DNA from: Octopus sinensis | Lineage: Eukaryota | DNA: 64,000 nucleotides | Assembly: GCF_006345805.1 (NCBI RefSeq) | Contig: NC_043001.1 | Span: 132,804,001-132,868,000, forward strand | Direction of reading: 5' to 3' | Part shown: positions 1 to 15,204 of the stretch, piece by piece | How positions within the stretch are numbered: position 1 is the first letter of the stretch | Layout: every line of letters begins with the position of its first letter | Made by a program: the position numbers and the translations under genes | Notes under the pieces: model-generated | What the model was told of the DNA's origin: nothing | The model's database searches: none | Seen by the model: only the letters and a program-made list of their open reading frames with translations

Positions 1-247
1 GCTGAACAACCAACACAGATGATTTGTTTATAGACTCAAACGTTTATGCTGTTCATTAGCTCACTCCCTCTATCAGATCGACACTGCTTGTACAGATGCA
101 CTTTGTGCCACATGTCAGATGTTGACGTGATTATGTGAGATGAAGTGTTTTGTTCAAGAATACAATGCACCACATGGTCTGGAAATCAAACTCATGATCT
201 TCCAATTGTGAATGCAACACCCTAGTCACAAGGCCACCCACCCTCAC
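1..247 (-). mobile_element. Decayed tRNA-derived SINE fragment
   Basis: Minus strand tggccttgtgactagg...gagtttgatttccagacc...cttgaacaaaacacttca has A/B-box-like motifs and resembles the head of the 35582 SINE. Confidence 0.5.
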
Positions 248-2732
248 TACCAATAATAACAATGATAGGATATGTAAAATTTTATTGTTGCTTCTGTCAG
301 TTTAACTTATGTTACAAAAAGAACATTTCAATGAAGATAACATTCTAAAATCTTAAGCTACTGATTTCTCTTATATCATTATTTTATATTCTTTTGAAAG
401 TAAATTTATCAGTAGAGATATATTTTTTAAAATGTACATGATATGACAAAAGAACATTAGTTTTAAAAGATGTATACAAAATTACTATCACATTTTGTCA
501 ATAAATATAAGTGGCATAAAACTTTTGCAGGTAAAAAATTTATTTTATATATCAAAAACTTTTACAAAACAAATTTCTTTTCATAAACAAAATCGATTTT
601 AAATACATATGGACATGAAGGTGGATATTGTAGATAGAAAAACAGCTTTAAATCTTCCTGAAGTCTAAAATTGGTGAAAGCGAGAGAGAGGCAGGTCAAC
701 ATGGAGAGTTTGGTGTTGGACAGGAAGAATTACAAAATAGTTGTAATCATAGTAACAAGAGTAAACAGAACAGTTTCTTTAGCAACAAAGTTCAACAACC
801 CAGAAATTTTAGACTAAAATCATAGAAGAATTCAAGCAGAATGAGAGATTATAACTAGCACAAATACCTTCACTAATCTCTGACCAGTAGTATTATTTTC
901 AGTCTTAGAAAACCAAAATGCCTGCTGAAGCACAGTTAAGATCAATAAAGTGACATGAGATTGTCTGCTGGCATCAAAATTTCTCATGCTTGTTGGTGAT
1001 AAAAATGGTATTTTATGGTGACATTGTAACTATTCATTTCACAGTAATGTTGTTTATTAGTGTGTTAGAAAAAAATAAAATAATGCATGCTGAAATCAAT
1101 TGTAAAAACAACAAACATTTTTTTAATGCTATTATTTTTTTTCTTTTTCTGCTTTTCTTTTCATAATAAAGGTGTGTGAAAATACACATCATGAATCAAA
1201 TTTATTTCATGCAATTTTTTTTTACCATTTCTCAGTTGAGCTAATGGGGGAGTTCCTTTACTACATAGCTACTTGACCTGCTCATTGTAGAAACCAAATC
1301 TTCCTTAAAATAAATTATACTCTCTGCAATATTTAAAAATGAAGAATACGTGTCATAAGTCTTAAATCTTAGGGGCAGCATGTCTCACAAGAAAAATGTG
1401 ATGAATGAACATGGCTAGAAATATTGAGAAAATGCTTAATTTGATTTGCTTCTTCTGCACTATAATTCTTACTCAAGGAGAACAACAGAACTTATTCTTT
1501 TCTCCCAGTGCAATATAAACAATGTAATTATTATGAGGTACAAATATTGATTTAACAAAAACATATATGATGATGAAAATGGTTCAAGAGTTGTAATTGA
1601 CTGCATCACTAGAGTGCTGGCCTGCAGGACAAATATTAGCAGCTTGTATCTTGACACTAACAATATACAAATACTGAATTGATAGAGTGGTGGATAACTG
1701 CCCAAAGGAATCTGATCTAGTATGAGAAGTAGTATAACAACTGAGAAGTAGAATCAACATAATGCCAAACTGACTGCTAATGAATTGGTAGCTCATATTA
1801 TGTCACCATATCGACTCAGGTTTGAAGTTGGGGTTGTCCCTTTCCTATGCAAATTCCCAACCAATACTGATGAATGCAGCCTCCCTATTTGGTGATACTG
1901 CTGGCTGTTCAACTGTGCTCTTATATAGTGAGTCCTGTGAAAATGCGAGGGAGGTGGAGGATCATGAACACAATTTTCTTGAGTAAATGGGATGTCAAGC
2001 CCAAGCCTCACCTTAACACATACTTTCAAACAAAGTGTTATATGATGCATAAGTATATAAATTTATATTTTTCTCATCTATGAACCAGAAGCTACAAATG
2101 TACGGTGCTTCCTTCAGTTGCCATAGTTCAGGATTTTGATAGGAAAAACATTTTTATGTCTTTTGGAACACTTTCACTGATATCAAGGTCTATATTTGGC
2201 ATATCTATGAACAAGTACTCGAACCGAGATTGAACTCATACAAAATTAGGCTTCAAAGTTTAGCAAATCTATTTTCTCATATGAATGACACTTTTACTTT
2301 GTTTTAAGGCATGGAGTAGCACACTAAAAAATGTGAAACTTTTCATACAGACAATCGTCAGGATGGGCAATCTCAGTAATTAGTTGAAAAATGCCATATT
2401 ATATGAGGCAACTCAGGTGGGGTAGGAATAGTGACAGTGCCAGAATTGTGTTGGTAGACATTTCTCCTCAATCTTAATTTCTGGGGAATAGCATAAGAAG
2501 AATATCCTCTACAATTGATATATTTTTCATTAAGACACAACAGGAAATGTATTACAGATATATTAGACACAGTAAATTTTTGCTTTTAATTATTTCTATA
2601 AGCTCATTTACAAAATTTTGTTCACAAACTGAAAAGGAAATTATCAGTAATAAAAATGTGTAAAAAAAATTACTTCATACTTTTATTATAAATATTACGA
2701 TCATATATGAAAGAAAAAAAAAGAAAAGAAAG

Positions 2733-2818
2733 ATGTGTGTATGTATGTGTGCCTATATATATGTATATATATATGTGTGTGTGTGTATACGTATATACAT
2801 ACATATATATATATATAA

Positions 2819-2878
<60 letters not shown>

Positions 2879-2942
2879 CATACATATATACATACATATA
2901 TATATATATACACACACATAATATATATATATATATACATAC

Positions 2943-2975
<33 letters not shown>

Positions 2976-3008
2976 CATACATATATATATACATATATAT
3001 ATACATAC

Positions 3009-3041
<33 letters not shown>

Positions 3042-3082
3042 CATACATATATACTTACATATATATATATATATATATATAA

Positions 3083-3122
<40 letters not shown>

Positions 3123-3239
3123 CATACATATATACATATATATATATATACATACATATATACATACATATATATATACATATATATATATACATACATG
3201 TATATATACATATATATATATATATACATATATACTTAC

Positions 3240-3305
<66 letters not shown>

Positions 3306-3318
3306 GGCATATGTGTAT
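2733..3318. repeat. Compound (TA)n/(TACA)n microsatellite
   Basis: Directly visible; source of the spurious YIYI ORFs. Confidence 0.95.
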
Positions 3319-4060
3319 GTTTAATTTACACTGTATTGATGAAGTTGATTAATTCGTTATTTCAACTTTGTTATTGGAATATAATACTATTAAATATACG
3401 TTATTAGAGGTATTGGCATTTTCTGCTTAAACTATAAATTAAATTGTATTGATAATGGTGATGGAAGGTTGGTGGTAATTTTTATTGCCTTCATAATCAT
3501 CACTGTGAGAACATAGATGGCCAACCAACCAAAAAGTTTGCAGTTCACATCCTGACACTGTCACTGCATTGTGTCTCCATGGCCATGACACTTAATTCTC
3601 AAATAGTCAAGCCAACCTAGCTGTAAATAGGTACTGCAGGGCAGGAACAATTCACCAATTCACTTGTGTAAGCAGCAGTAATATAACATTGCTAGGTGGT
3701 TTGTTAGTTTACAGTACTGAGTTGAAGTTCTCTAGTGGGTCTAGAGAAACCAGGTCAAAAATTAAGTCTTTGTCTACAGCACACCAGTCTTATCTGCCCT
3801 ACCGTTCCCTTGAAGCTCAACTGTGGATCTGATGATAAACTATATGTGTGTGGCTAGCAAGAAATAAGCAATCCAATGTTAAAGTTATTATGCACAGGTA
3901 CCTACTATTATAAGAGTATCCTCTTCAACCACTGAAAATTGTCACCAACCATTAGTGATACTAGTCAAAAAATTATGAGAACACTGACATTTCTTTATTA
4001 CATATTGCTTGTAGCCAGGTAAATTTTGCAGGTGGAAAAAGTGTGAAGTTGTGGCATACA

Positions 4061-4225
4061 GGCGCAGGAGTGGCTGTGTGGTAAGTAGCTTGCTAACCAA
4101 CCACATGGTTTCGGGTTCAGTCCCACTGCGTGGCATCTTGGGCAAGTGTCTTCTGCTATAGCCCCGGGCCGACCAATGCCTTGTGAGTGGATTTGGTAGA
4201 CGGAAACTGAAAGAAGCCTGTCGTA

Positions 4226-4272
<47 letters not shown>

Positions 4273-4475
4273 TTGTCCCCCTAGCATTGTTTGACAACCG
4301 ATGGTGGTGTGTTTACGTCGCTGTCACCTAGCGGTTCGGCAAAAGAGACCGATACAATATGTACTGGGCTTACAAAGAATAAGTCCCAGGGTCGATTTGC
4401 TCGACTAAAGGCGGTGCTCCAGCATGGCGGCAGTCAAATGACTGAAACACGTAAAAGAGTAAAAGAGTAAAGAGT
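4061..4475 (+). mobile_element. Full-length tRNA-derived SINE, family C (internal TA/TG microsatellite, CR1/L2-like tail)
   Basis: Head ggcgcaggagtggctgtgtggtaag...gggttcagtccc, cttgggcaagtg core, tail ggcggtgctccagcatggcggcagtcaaatgactgaaac, (GTAAAAGA)n end. Near-identical copy at 38558. Confidence 0.9.
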
Positions 4476-4804
4476 ATACATATTACTCCTAATATTTTTA
4501 GTAATGTAAGTAGAGTAAAACGACTTCAATCAAGAACCAAATATCAAGTTACATTTTCCTGTTTTCCAATGTAGACACAATGCATAAGAGATATCAGAGA
4601 AGAAATGAAATTGAGTAAAGTTTGTCATTAAAGGCATAAGAAATATAAGGAAAGTGGAGTAGTCACAACTGAGAAGCAAAATCAGGTTGTGGTCTCAGCT
4701 TGCTAAGAACATTCCTCTACTTTACCAAACTTGTCAGAATTAGTAATTATCAAAACATCTGCTGATTACTCCCTAAGTGTATTCAAGACATCACAGCTGA
4801 TCAA

Positions 4805-5077
4805 ACTCCGTGAGTGTAGTGGGTGCTTTTTACGTGCCACCTGCACAGGTGCCAGGGGGGTCCGGCATCGGCCACGATTAGTTGGAGCTTTTAACATGCC
4901 ACCGGCACGGAAGCCAGCCAAGGCGGCACTGGCAACGGCCACGTTCGGATGGTGCTTTTTATGTGCCACCAGCACAGAAGCCAGGCGGGGCGGCGCTGGC
5001 ATCGGCCACGTTCGGATGGTGCATTTTAAGTGCCACTGGCACAGAAGCCAGTCGGGGCGGCGCTGGAATCGGCCACG
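4805..5077 (-). repeat. Four ~62-bp GC-rich tandem units of an RTE-associated 3' region
   Basis: Repeating gtgctttt..gtgccacc.gcac.g.agccag...ggccacg; the same units occur at 41843-41975 directly ahead of the family D SINE/RTE tail. Confidence 0.75.
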
Positions 5078-5775
5078 TAAAAATGTAAATGGCTTCTAAG
5101 TTTTAAAAAGATTTTTTTCTAGTGTTTAACATGGGATTCCTGACATTAAACGACTAGTGTACTGTCAAGGAGAAATCAATCACTCCTTAAATATAATATC
5201 TGTCTCTCACACATAACATTTTTTTTGTTACTGTGACAACTATTCCCAACACCTAGGTCAACTGCAGTATATAGAATTAAGTATACTAATCTGAGACAAT
5301 TAAATTCTGCATTAATACACAATACATATGAATTTGAAACTGGAAGTTAACACCCTTGAGCTGGCCGTTCAATATCTTATAAACTTGATCATTTCACCTT
5401 TATAGATTGGGTAATGGCAAAAATAAAAGTGATTAGGACAATGACAGCATTTGCATTAATTTACAAGTAGACTGGCACAGTATGTCAACTTTAGCATATT
5501 GACAAAGAGTGTGGCATTACAATGATTCTCCACTACAAAAAAGAAATTATAGAAAATTTTACTATGTATTGTTAAGTATTAAACATCATTGAATATCTTC
5601 ATTGTGATGCAATAGCATCTTATGAAAAATGATGTTTTAAATATCACTAGGTATATTCATTAGTTATAATGTTAATTAAGCTAAGTGACATTTCAAGAAA
5701 AATCAGTAAACTGTAAACGTTTCTTTTAATTTTTCTAATTTTTTTTTTGTTTTTTTATTATCATTATTATTTGTA

Positions 5776-6010
5776 AAGTGGTAAGCTGGCAGAATCATAA
5801 TTGTGCCAGAGAAACTGCATGGCAGCATTTCTTCAGATGTTACATTCTAAGTTCAAATGCCATCATGGTCAACTTTGCCTTTTATCCTTTGGGATCAATA
5901 AAATAAGTACCGTTTGAGAACTGGGGTCAATGTAAGCAACTTCTCCACTCCTCAAATTTGCTAACTTTGTACCAAAATAAAACAGGATTGTTATTATTAT
6001 TATTATTTGA
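5776..6010 (+). mobile_element. SINE family B (Nin/Deu-like core, ATT tail), decayed
   Basis: aagctggcagaatc...gttcaaat...tttgccttttatcctt...taagtacc...ctggggtc...(ATT)n. Confidence 0.75.
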
Positions 6011-7489
6011 ATTAATGTAGAAAGCATATATTTTTCATTTAAATTACTTCCATATAAACATTAACATTATCTATCTTGGTAGTCAAGACTACTCCATACT
6101 GGTGAGAACATAACCACTGGTAAATGCTTTTGTGACAAGTTTAATTCCTTTAATCAGAACACCTGAGACCACCTTTGATTATCTTATAGAAAGCTGCCTG
6201 ATTTAATATTTTCATATTTAAATTAAAATCATCCATTACAATTTTAATCATTTTTTTTGTTACGTTCCAAATGCCAGTTTAACATAGAAGTAAAAGTTAG
6301 TTATTTTATTGAATGCAACAAAATTCATGATTTTTTAAAAAGATTTAATGGAAACATACAGACAGTATTTTATCAGAAATATGGTTACAAAAGGGTTAAA
6401 CTAATGAGGTATGGGAGAGATAGACTATTTACAATATCTAAACTGAAGGTGACACACAGTAAAATTGTTTCTTAACATACAGCATGCACTTAAATAGCAT
6501 ATAACAAGCACTTAAATAGTATACAGTATTCCATTAAAGAACAACCCTTCTTTTAGTCACCGAAAACATTCCATTGTTATTACCAAGCTTGTTCGGGAAA
6601 TGGTGTCCATGTCTGCCAGATGACATGAGCCAATAATTTTGTGGGAGCCTTTTCTCACTAATTCAAAGAAAAGGGAAGATGTTTCAGTAAGAAATTACCT
6701 TTTTGAAAAGTTGTTTTAGTACATCATGCACACTACATGCATATGTACATATCGATAACCTGGGCATAAACCATGACTATTTAGTACTGATTATAAAAGT
6801 ATTTGGAGAATAGTTTGAAATAAGGTCGATATTTCACTTCTGGTCTGATCCTATCATTGACTTCACATCGGCATTTTTATAATCACCTTCATTACTACAA
6901 ACAGGTACTACAATAATTATCATAATTCACTGTTGAAGGAAATGACAATAATGTATAACTGGTGAGTATTAAGAACCTCACATCATAGAAGTGGCATCCC
7001 ACCTCCTGAGAAATATCTGTGATAGCTTTTTAGCTCAACATTCAACATCATGAAGATGGATAAGTCCTAGTACAGAATGAAACTTTCCAATGAAGATAGT
7101 GAATAAAAAGTTAACCTTTAATGCATTTAGTTTCCTTTCAACTATTAAAAAGTGATTTAAGCCTGCTCTACATAGCCTAACAACTGCTCACTGGACTAGT
7201 AGTTGTCTCCAGCTCCTACAATGTTAATCGTTGATGGACAGGTCTCCCTCTAGATACAATTACAGCCTATCTAAATCAGCACTAAAGCAATACATCACAC
7301 ACCAATAGTACGATGTTGCTGCTACTTATAGTGAAGAATTACAACCATTTTACAGCACCTACAAGCAACCTGGTGGACTGAGCTGTCAAGTGACAAATGT
7401 TTAATCCAGGGACACAATAGTGCAATTGGCAGGATGTAAATACCAACTTCTTTGCATAGATGTCAGATTCATGCTCAGAAAAAGGACAA

Positions 7490-7830
7490 ATACTGTTGGC
7501 CATAATCATTTAAGATATGCCTCCTTTGACTGAAAAGAAGATCAATGCAAAATATCCAGATATAATAGCCATAGACTGTAACAAAAATATCTACACTATG
7601 ATAGACAACTCAATCCCTTCTAACCAAAATATTTTCCATAATTAAGTGGAGAAATTTCAAAAATACAAGGATCTCAAAACTGAAATAGGCAGAAAGTTGG
7701 ACAAAAAGTATAAATCGTACTAATAATAATTGGATCGCTATGCATGGTAAAAGAATATGAACAAAAGCAGACAAATTATACCATGCACAGTCAAAGTGAA
7801 TAACACTGCTAAGCACAGCCAACATTTAAA
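7490..7830 (+). mobile_element. Decayed restriction-like endonuclease region of an R4/Dong-type non-LTR retrotransposon
   Basis: Translates II*DMPPLTEKKINAKYPDIIAIDCNKNIYTMIDNSIPSNQNIFHN*VEKFQKYKDLKTEI, matching the WD...(R)PDI...ID.SIP...EK..KY.DL pattern of PD-(D/E)xK endonucleases in R2/R4-group elements. Confidence 0.7.
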
Positions 7831-8965
7831 TATTCTTATGGAAAACAGTTGGGTTCAGATATGTAAAATAGTTTGACATTTATCAATTCCACAATGCTAC
7901 CAATTAGACCTAGGTAAATTTAATTATTGGGGATTAAGTGCTATGTTTATACTGCAGATGTGATTACGGAATACAAATATTAGAATGTTCCTTCTCTAGC
8001 AGTATGCAAGTGAGAAGCGTTTAATTAGCTTTTATCATTGAATTCAGATTCCCTCATTTTCATGGAGACTGCAATGGGGGACACTACCAATCTATTTTAT
8101 CTTGAATCACTACACGAAGACAAAGCCTTCATTTCTTCCCCACGACCAAATGAATTAAAACACATTACTTTAAATAAAAGGAGCATGGAATGGTGCCTTA
8201 GGTACAATTTGAAATCATAGATTATCAGCCAAGATTCTAATACTTCATCCACTTCATCAGAGCGACACTAACTTGACAGATTTTTACCTGACAGTCTCAT
8301 GCAAACAATAACACCAAAGTGATCATCACCCATCAGAATAACCAAACTTCAATTTATACATTAAAATACTTAATTAATTGTTCATACTATTAGAAAATTA
8401 TTGTCGTTTCATTACACATTATTTTCTTGCTTTTACTATTTGCAAAATCTTTTGATTACTCTCACAACTTAAAACCTTAGATAGGTGATTAATAATTGAT
8501 TCAGTAAATCTATCCATATAAAGGCATCTCTACATCTTACAGTTTACATACTGATCATAGTAAGTAAATCTAGGTGTAAAATAAATTCCTCAAAAACATG
8601 TAACGCACATTCCCAGAGGGAAATGACTTTATGTTAGCATAAAGGAAAGGTATCACAATACTGAGGAAAATATTTCAGTACCCACAAACAAGCAAATCAA
8701 TAAATTATATTACAAAATTTTTAATGATGTGTTAGAATGATGCTTTTGATAATGAGTTCAGAACAAGGACCTAAAATTTTAGTAGCAGAACAAAAGTTCT
8801 TCTATTAATACAGAAAATCTGTTTTGAAAATTTGAAAAGACAAAACTAAAATTAGATTTATTTCTGCATCAAAAGTCAAATGTCTTATTAAATATGGGAC
8901 CACAATCTAACTAATTATAAACTAATTTTAATTATTTACATATAAATACATATACACATAAAACA

Positions 8966-9006
<41 letters not shown>

Positions 9007-10260
9007 TTATATATGTAAATGAAAGAACAAAGAAAATTATGAGACATATCTTATTTAAAAATCATGTTTATGAAACTGGAAAAAATGTAGCTAAAGCAGA
9101 AGAATTCATTTTTTTCATTTTTAATTACAGACAAGAAAATATTAAATTAAATGTTTTCCAATGTTAAATATAACTGTAAATTTTAGATCTTTATTTTAAA
9201 GATCACCATGATTATTTACCGATAATTAGACAATTATTTAGTGGAATTACACATATTTTCTTTTCTTATTTTGCCATTTATTAATCTTTTTCTTTTTTGA
9301 CATTTTATTGTATTTCAATAAGTTTATTTCACAAAACCCATTCATCAAAATTGTTTTCATCATTCACTCTCTTTTTTTTTTTTTTCCTCTCTCTAAAATT
9401 ACCAAAACGAACACTTTCATAACTGTTATTATGATCAATAGTAGATAAACAAAATGATTTTAGATATGGAAGAAATTTTAAAGTTTGCTAACTATGAAAA
9501 TATTGCAATTTAAAAAAAATTGATGCTTTAAATGTAAGTATAATTTTATTGTTACCTCAGTGTCTTGAGTTCAACTCAAAGAAACAAAACAAAAAAGAAA
9601 GAAAAAGAACACCTAAAAGTCTTATTTGAAGTGCAAAGCAAGATTGCAAACGAATAAATTAGTTGGTAAACGATAGATAAATCTTTATAAAGGCAACCCC
9701 ATTAGATAAGAAAAATCTGAATAACTGAAAGAGCAGGAAAGATTAAGAAATCTTTATAGTTGAGAAAATATGAGAAATTGATAACACTAAGTGGTGATGA
9801 TAAAAAAAAATAAGTATTAAATAGAAACAGCTAGATCTGTTTAAAAAGCCTTGCCTTTTGACACTTCAGAAGGAAACTATTGTAATGTATCTAGTAGATA
9901 TAAAGGTGTCTCCAGAATCTTTGATATAGAATATCTTATTCATAATGATCACTCTTTAGTGCTTTGTACAAAATAAAATATTCTTTATAACTCTTTTTTC
10001 GTCACTAAATCAAGATAATATAACAGAAATGTTTTTTATTTTTTTATTCTTTGTCCTTTTGCTTCTTTGTGACATAGCTTTAGACAAAAAAAGGATAATA
10101 GAGAAAGATCCAAAGAAGCAAAAGAATACAAAAAGAGAGACCAAATATTTGATATTCTTTGATTCCTTATAAATCCCTTAAGATAAACTTATTATACTAT
10201 TCCTTACTTTCTACAAAACATTATCATGAAAACTAAGAGTGTCTTGACAGCATATAAATA

Positions 10261-11522
10261 TATATAATATAATGTTCATCGATGCTACAAGTCAAGAAAT
10301 GATTAATATAGATATAAAAGAAAAAAAATGAATGTCAGCATTAAGAAAGCTTGGTAATACAAAGACTTGTGTAACTTAAGAAAACTCTGGAGACTGAATA
10401 ATGTTATCAACCTGAGACACTGTCACATGTAGTTAAAAAAAACAAAAACATGAAAGATATCTCTGAGAAGTTATTACTAAACAATACTCATCTGAATTGC
10501 AAAGCAATTATTAAAATAATATGATACTACTATATTGGCATTTATCTACAGTAATAGTCTGTGATATAATGAGTGTATATATATATATATATAAAATTAT
10601 GCATTCAAACTACATATTCACATTTATTGATATCTACACATAAGAGTGATTAAATTAGATTTTTTTCATCATTTCAAACTCTCATCAACAGCATAACAAA
10701 AAACATACAAAAGTAATAAGGCAGAACAAACACAAGTATCTAAGTTAAATATAGACAACAGAGGGATATATTCAACTATATGTAAGCCCTATTAAATCCT
10801 ATATGAGCATAATAGCAACTTTCTAGCAGACCCCAAATATAAGGTCAATAATTCCTGAAAAAATGTAGTGTGTGTGTATGTATATGTATATATATATATA
10901 TATATATAATATAATGTTCATCGATGCTACAAGTCAAGAAATGATTAATATAGATATAAAGAAAAAAAATGAATGTCAGCATTAAGAAAGCTTGGTAATA
11001 CAAAGACTTGTGTAACTTAAGAAAACTCTGGAGACTGAATAATGTTATCAACCTGAGACACTGTCACATGTAGTTAAAAAAAACAAAAACATGAAAGATA
11101 TCTCTGAGAAGTTATTACTAAACAATACTCATCTGAATTGCAAAGCAATTATTAAAATAATATGATACTACTATATTGGCATTTATCTACAGTAATAGTC
11201 TGTGATATAATGAGTGTATATATATATATATATAAAATTATGCATTCAAACTACATATTCACATTTATTGATATCTACACATAAGAGTGATTAAATTAGA
11301 TTTTTTTCATCATTTCAAACTCTCATCAACAGCATAACAAAAAACATACAAAAGTAATAAGGCAGAACAAACACAAGTATCTAAGTTAAATATAGACAAC
11401 AGAGGGATATATTCAACTATATGTAAGCCCTATTAAATCCTATATGAGCATAATAGCAACTTTCTAGCAGACCCCAAATATAAGGTCAATAATTCCTGAA
11501 AAAAATGTAGTGTGTGTGTATG

Positions 11523-11560
<38 letters not shown>
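10261..11560 (+). repeat. Tandem duplication of a ~641-bp unique segment
   Basis: aatgttcatcgatgctacaag... at 10271 and 10913; the copies appear identical except for A-run and TA-run lengths. Confidence 0.95.
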
Positions 11561-11562
<2 letters not shown>

Positions 11563-11563
<1 letters not shown>

Positions 11564-11965
11564 TTTTATTCTTATACCTGTTTCAGCCATTTGACTGTGG
11601 CCATGCTGGAGCACTGCCTTAAAGGGTTTCAGTCAAAATAATTGACCCCAGGATTTATTTTTTGTAAGCCTAGTACTTATTCTATTAGTCTCTTTTGCTG
11701 AACTGCTAAGTCACAAGGACGTGAACAAACCAACATCAGGGAGGGGGGGACAAACACAAATACAAAGACACACACACATAAATATATTCATATATATATA
11801 TTCGACAGACTTCTTTCAATTTCCATCTACCAAATCCAGTCACAAAGCTTTGGTCAACCCAAGGCTATAGTAAAAGACACTTGCCCAAGGTGCCATGCAG
11901 TGAGACTGAACCTGGAACCATGTGGCTGGGAAGCAGGTTTCTTACCACACAGCCACACCTGCGCC
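11563..11965 (-). mobile_element. SINE family C
   Basis: Reverse complement of the 4061 family with head and tail present. Confidence 0.85.
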
Positions 11966-12618
11966 TATATATATTATATTACATTATATTATATTATATT
12001 ATATTATATTATATTATATATATATATTATATTATATTATATTATATTATATTATATATTATATATTATATATATTATATTATTATATTATATTATATAT
12101 ATATATTATATTATATTATATTATATTATAATATATTATATTATTTATATTATATTATATTATATATTATATATACTATATTATATTATATTATATTATA
12201 TTATATTATATTATATTATAATATATTATATTATTTATAATATATTATATTATATTATATTATATATATTATATTATAATATATTATATTATATTATATT
12301 ATATTAATTATATTATATTATATATACTATATTATATTATATTATATTATATTATATTATATTATATTATATTATATTATAATATATTATATTATGTTAT
12401 ATTATATTATATTATATTATATTATATATTATATTATATTATTATATTATATTATATTATATTATATTATAATATATTATATTATATTATAATATATTAT
12501 ATTATATTATATTATATATTATATATATTATAATATATTATATTATGTTATATTATATTATATTATATTATATTATATTATACTATATTATATTATAATA
12601 TATTATATTATATTATAT

Positions 12619-12687
<69 letters not shown>

Positions 12688-12715
12688 TATATATATATTA
12701 TATATATATATATAT
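11966..12715. repeat. (ATATT)n pentanucleotide satellite followed by (TA)n
   Basis: Directly visible. Confidence 0.95.
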
Positions 12716-14726
12716 GGACTTTGCACATTTTTTCCTTGCTAATAACAATGACAATGATGTATAATAAGTATAATAATAAGACCAGTCCAGCATCTATAGG
12801 TTCAAATTTCTTCACCTTCATGATGACATTAGGGCAGACTCCATTGAGAACTGCTAAAATATGATGAGTGAGTGATTTGTATCAATTGGCTCCAGTTTAT
12901 ACAGCTTAGATCAATGTAAGAACCTACTCAATGAGCTTCCTTTCAATTTTTTCTTTTTTTTTAAACTCTATATGGTGATAATTCCATTTATAAAAATGAT
13001 AGGAGATATAGTGAGTTCATAGTAAACAAATGTAAGCTATGTACCCATCAGCAAATATATATTTTAAAAAATTCACAATGTTAGCCATTCAAAACTCAAA
13101 TGATGATTGCTGAAGAATTTAATGAAAGCATACTTTGATTGTTGTTCAAAAATAAACAGGAACAGAATATTCAAAGCCAATATCTAAGTTTTGAAGGATT
13201 TATCACGATGCTAGAACAATAACATAGATTAAGGGCAGAACTAATCACTATATCATTTTGTCCACACATGACTGTTAATAAAAAGGATCTTTGAAAACTC
13301 ATGATTAAAAGCCAATAAGAAAAAAAGAAATGATAGGGAGAGAAGATATTCAGCACAAATAAATCTAGGTATAAATACAATAGAGAAATATCCCTTTCTT
13401 TCATGAAAAGACTTACTTCTATTGTAAAGAGATAGAAATATATGAATTGAAATTTTGAATAGTTTACATACCATTGTTCGTTGCTTTCTTCAGCAGGTAC
13501 AGAAAAAACATATCAAAGATACATAAGTAGTAAAGATACAATAAAATTCCAAAACCCCCATTCTGACAACTTTAGAAATAGGTTTTTTACTATTTCTCTC
13601 TCTCTCTTTTTTTTTTTTTTTTTTACCTATCATTTTTCATTTACAAAGAAAACTTTCTGGAAAATATCATATGTAAGATAAGATATTGTTTTATCTGAAG
13701 TTAAGAATATTGCACGAACAATCTTGAATTCAGGATATCTTAGGAAGGAATGGAATACATTTGGTTGTTGAAAAGATTGTAAGATATTCTATGAGAAAAG
13801 ATGCTAAGTAAAAGTAATTTCTTTTAACAACAAAACAAAATGAAAAGAATCAGTCGAACATGCTTTCTATACATGCAATTCTTTCGTGAAGTACAATTTC
13901 TTTTACTTTTGCTTTCTTTTTTTTTTTTGATGATTCATTAACATATATAAAATAAATAGATTCTCTTTCCATAAAACTGACTTCATATCCACTCACCAAC
14001 AAAACACTTGGAAATAAATCACAAGATTTCAGAAGTTCCATATGTGTTTGACACTATATATTATTTCAATAACAAGCTTTCTATTTTGTTAAGTAATTAT
14101 GTTCTATAACTAACAATAATATGCAGATAGCATATGTTTAGTGATTAGAAAGCAAATACAAAGCTAATATTTTCTGAATCATAACTGTCCATAGGGTTGA
14201 TGCTCAGTATATTTTACCAATTTGCACTTGATAAATATGATGGTATAATTAATGGACTGTATAGATATCATATCTACATATCTTTTTGAGCTTGCTAAGA
14301 CAGGTAACTGAGTTAGTTTGCATGCAAGAGTATGAGCAAAGCTTTAACCAAAGTTTGAAAGGGATGTCGACAGACACTACTTAAAATGTGTAGATTCTAC
14401 TCATTTTGGATGAGTTATTTGTATTTTATTTTATGCATGAAAATATAGGGCTTTTTTTAGAAGGGTGCTAAACATAGGCAACTAGGGACATCGGCATAGT
14501 AATAACCTAAGATATAAATTATAGACAGAAGTATAAACTTACTTTGAGATAACTTGTAAATACATCATAAATAAATTATAAATGATGTCACCACTCCCCC
14601 ATTATGTCCAGAAGAATAAAATGTTATAAAAATGATAATAAACAACTCAGACAGCAATTAGGAAAATGAAAAGAAAGATCCATTAAACACAACAAATTTC
14701 AGTGATTGTTCACTTTCCAGACATTT

Positions 14727-14825
14727 CTACATTACTGCATGTAATTTATATGCACTTTCTGACAAGTTGTGGTGCACCTGAGCACTGTATACAATAATTT
14801 CATTATTATTATTATTATTCATTAT
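14727..14825 (+). mobile_element. Short 3' end of a CR1-type LINE
   Basis: gttgtggtgcacctgagcactgtatacaat + (ATT)n, the same terminus as the 22575 element. Confidence 0.65.
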
Positions 14826-15204
14826 TTTAAAGCAAACTAAAGTCTGGTACCCAAATAAATACCAAAAACATTCACACCTAATAACAATGAACACTGGAGT
14901 AAAGACTGACATAACCAAAGATGTCAGTACCTTGTCGACAAAACAGCTTTACAGATGATAACTGGCAAACAGCATCACAAATAATTACTTTATTTATCAA
15001 AATGATATGTAGAAGACATTAATCTCCCACTTAAAGAAGAATGTAATGAGAAATTTTTTAAAAACAAAAATGTAACTAAACAGAAAGAAATCTCCAATGG
15101 CTTATAAAAACTGACTTTGAATAGTTGCTTTGCAATTGTATTAGTAACCAGGCTGCAGATGTACGACAAAACTTTTTGACATTTTATAGTGTATGATAAT
15201 ATTT

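Noticed and set aside
4805-5077. CRISPR-like periodic GC-rich repeats
   Set aside because: Whole units are homologous, with no unique spacers or cas genes; the same units belong to an RTE/SINE 3' region.
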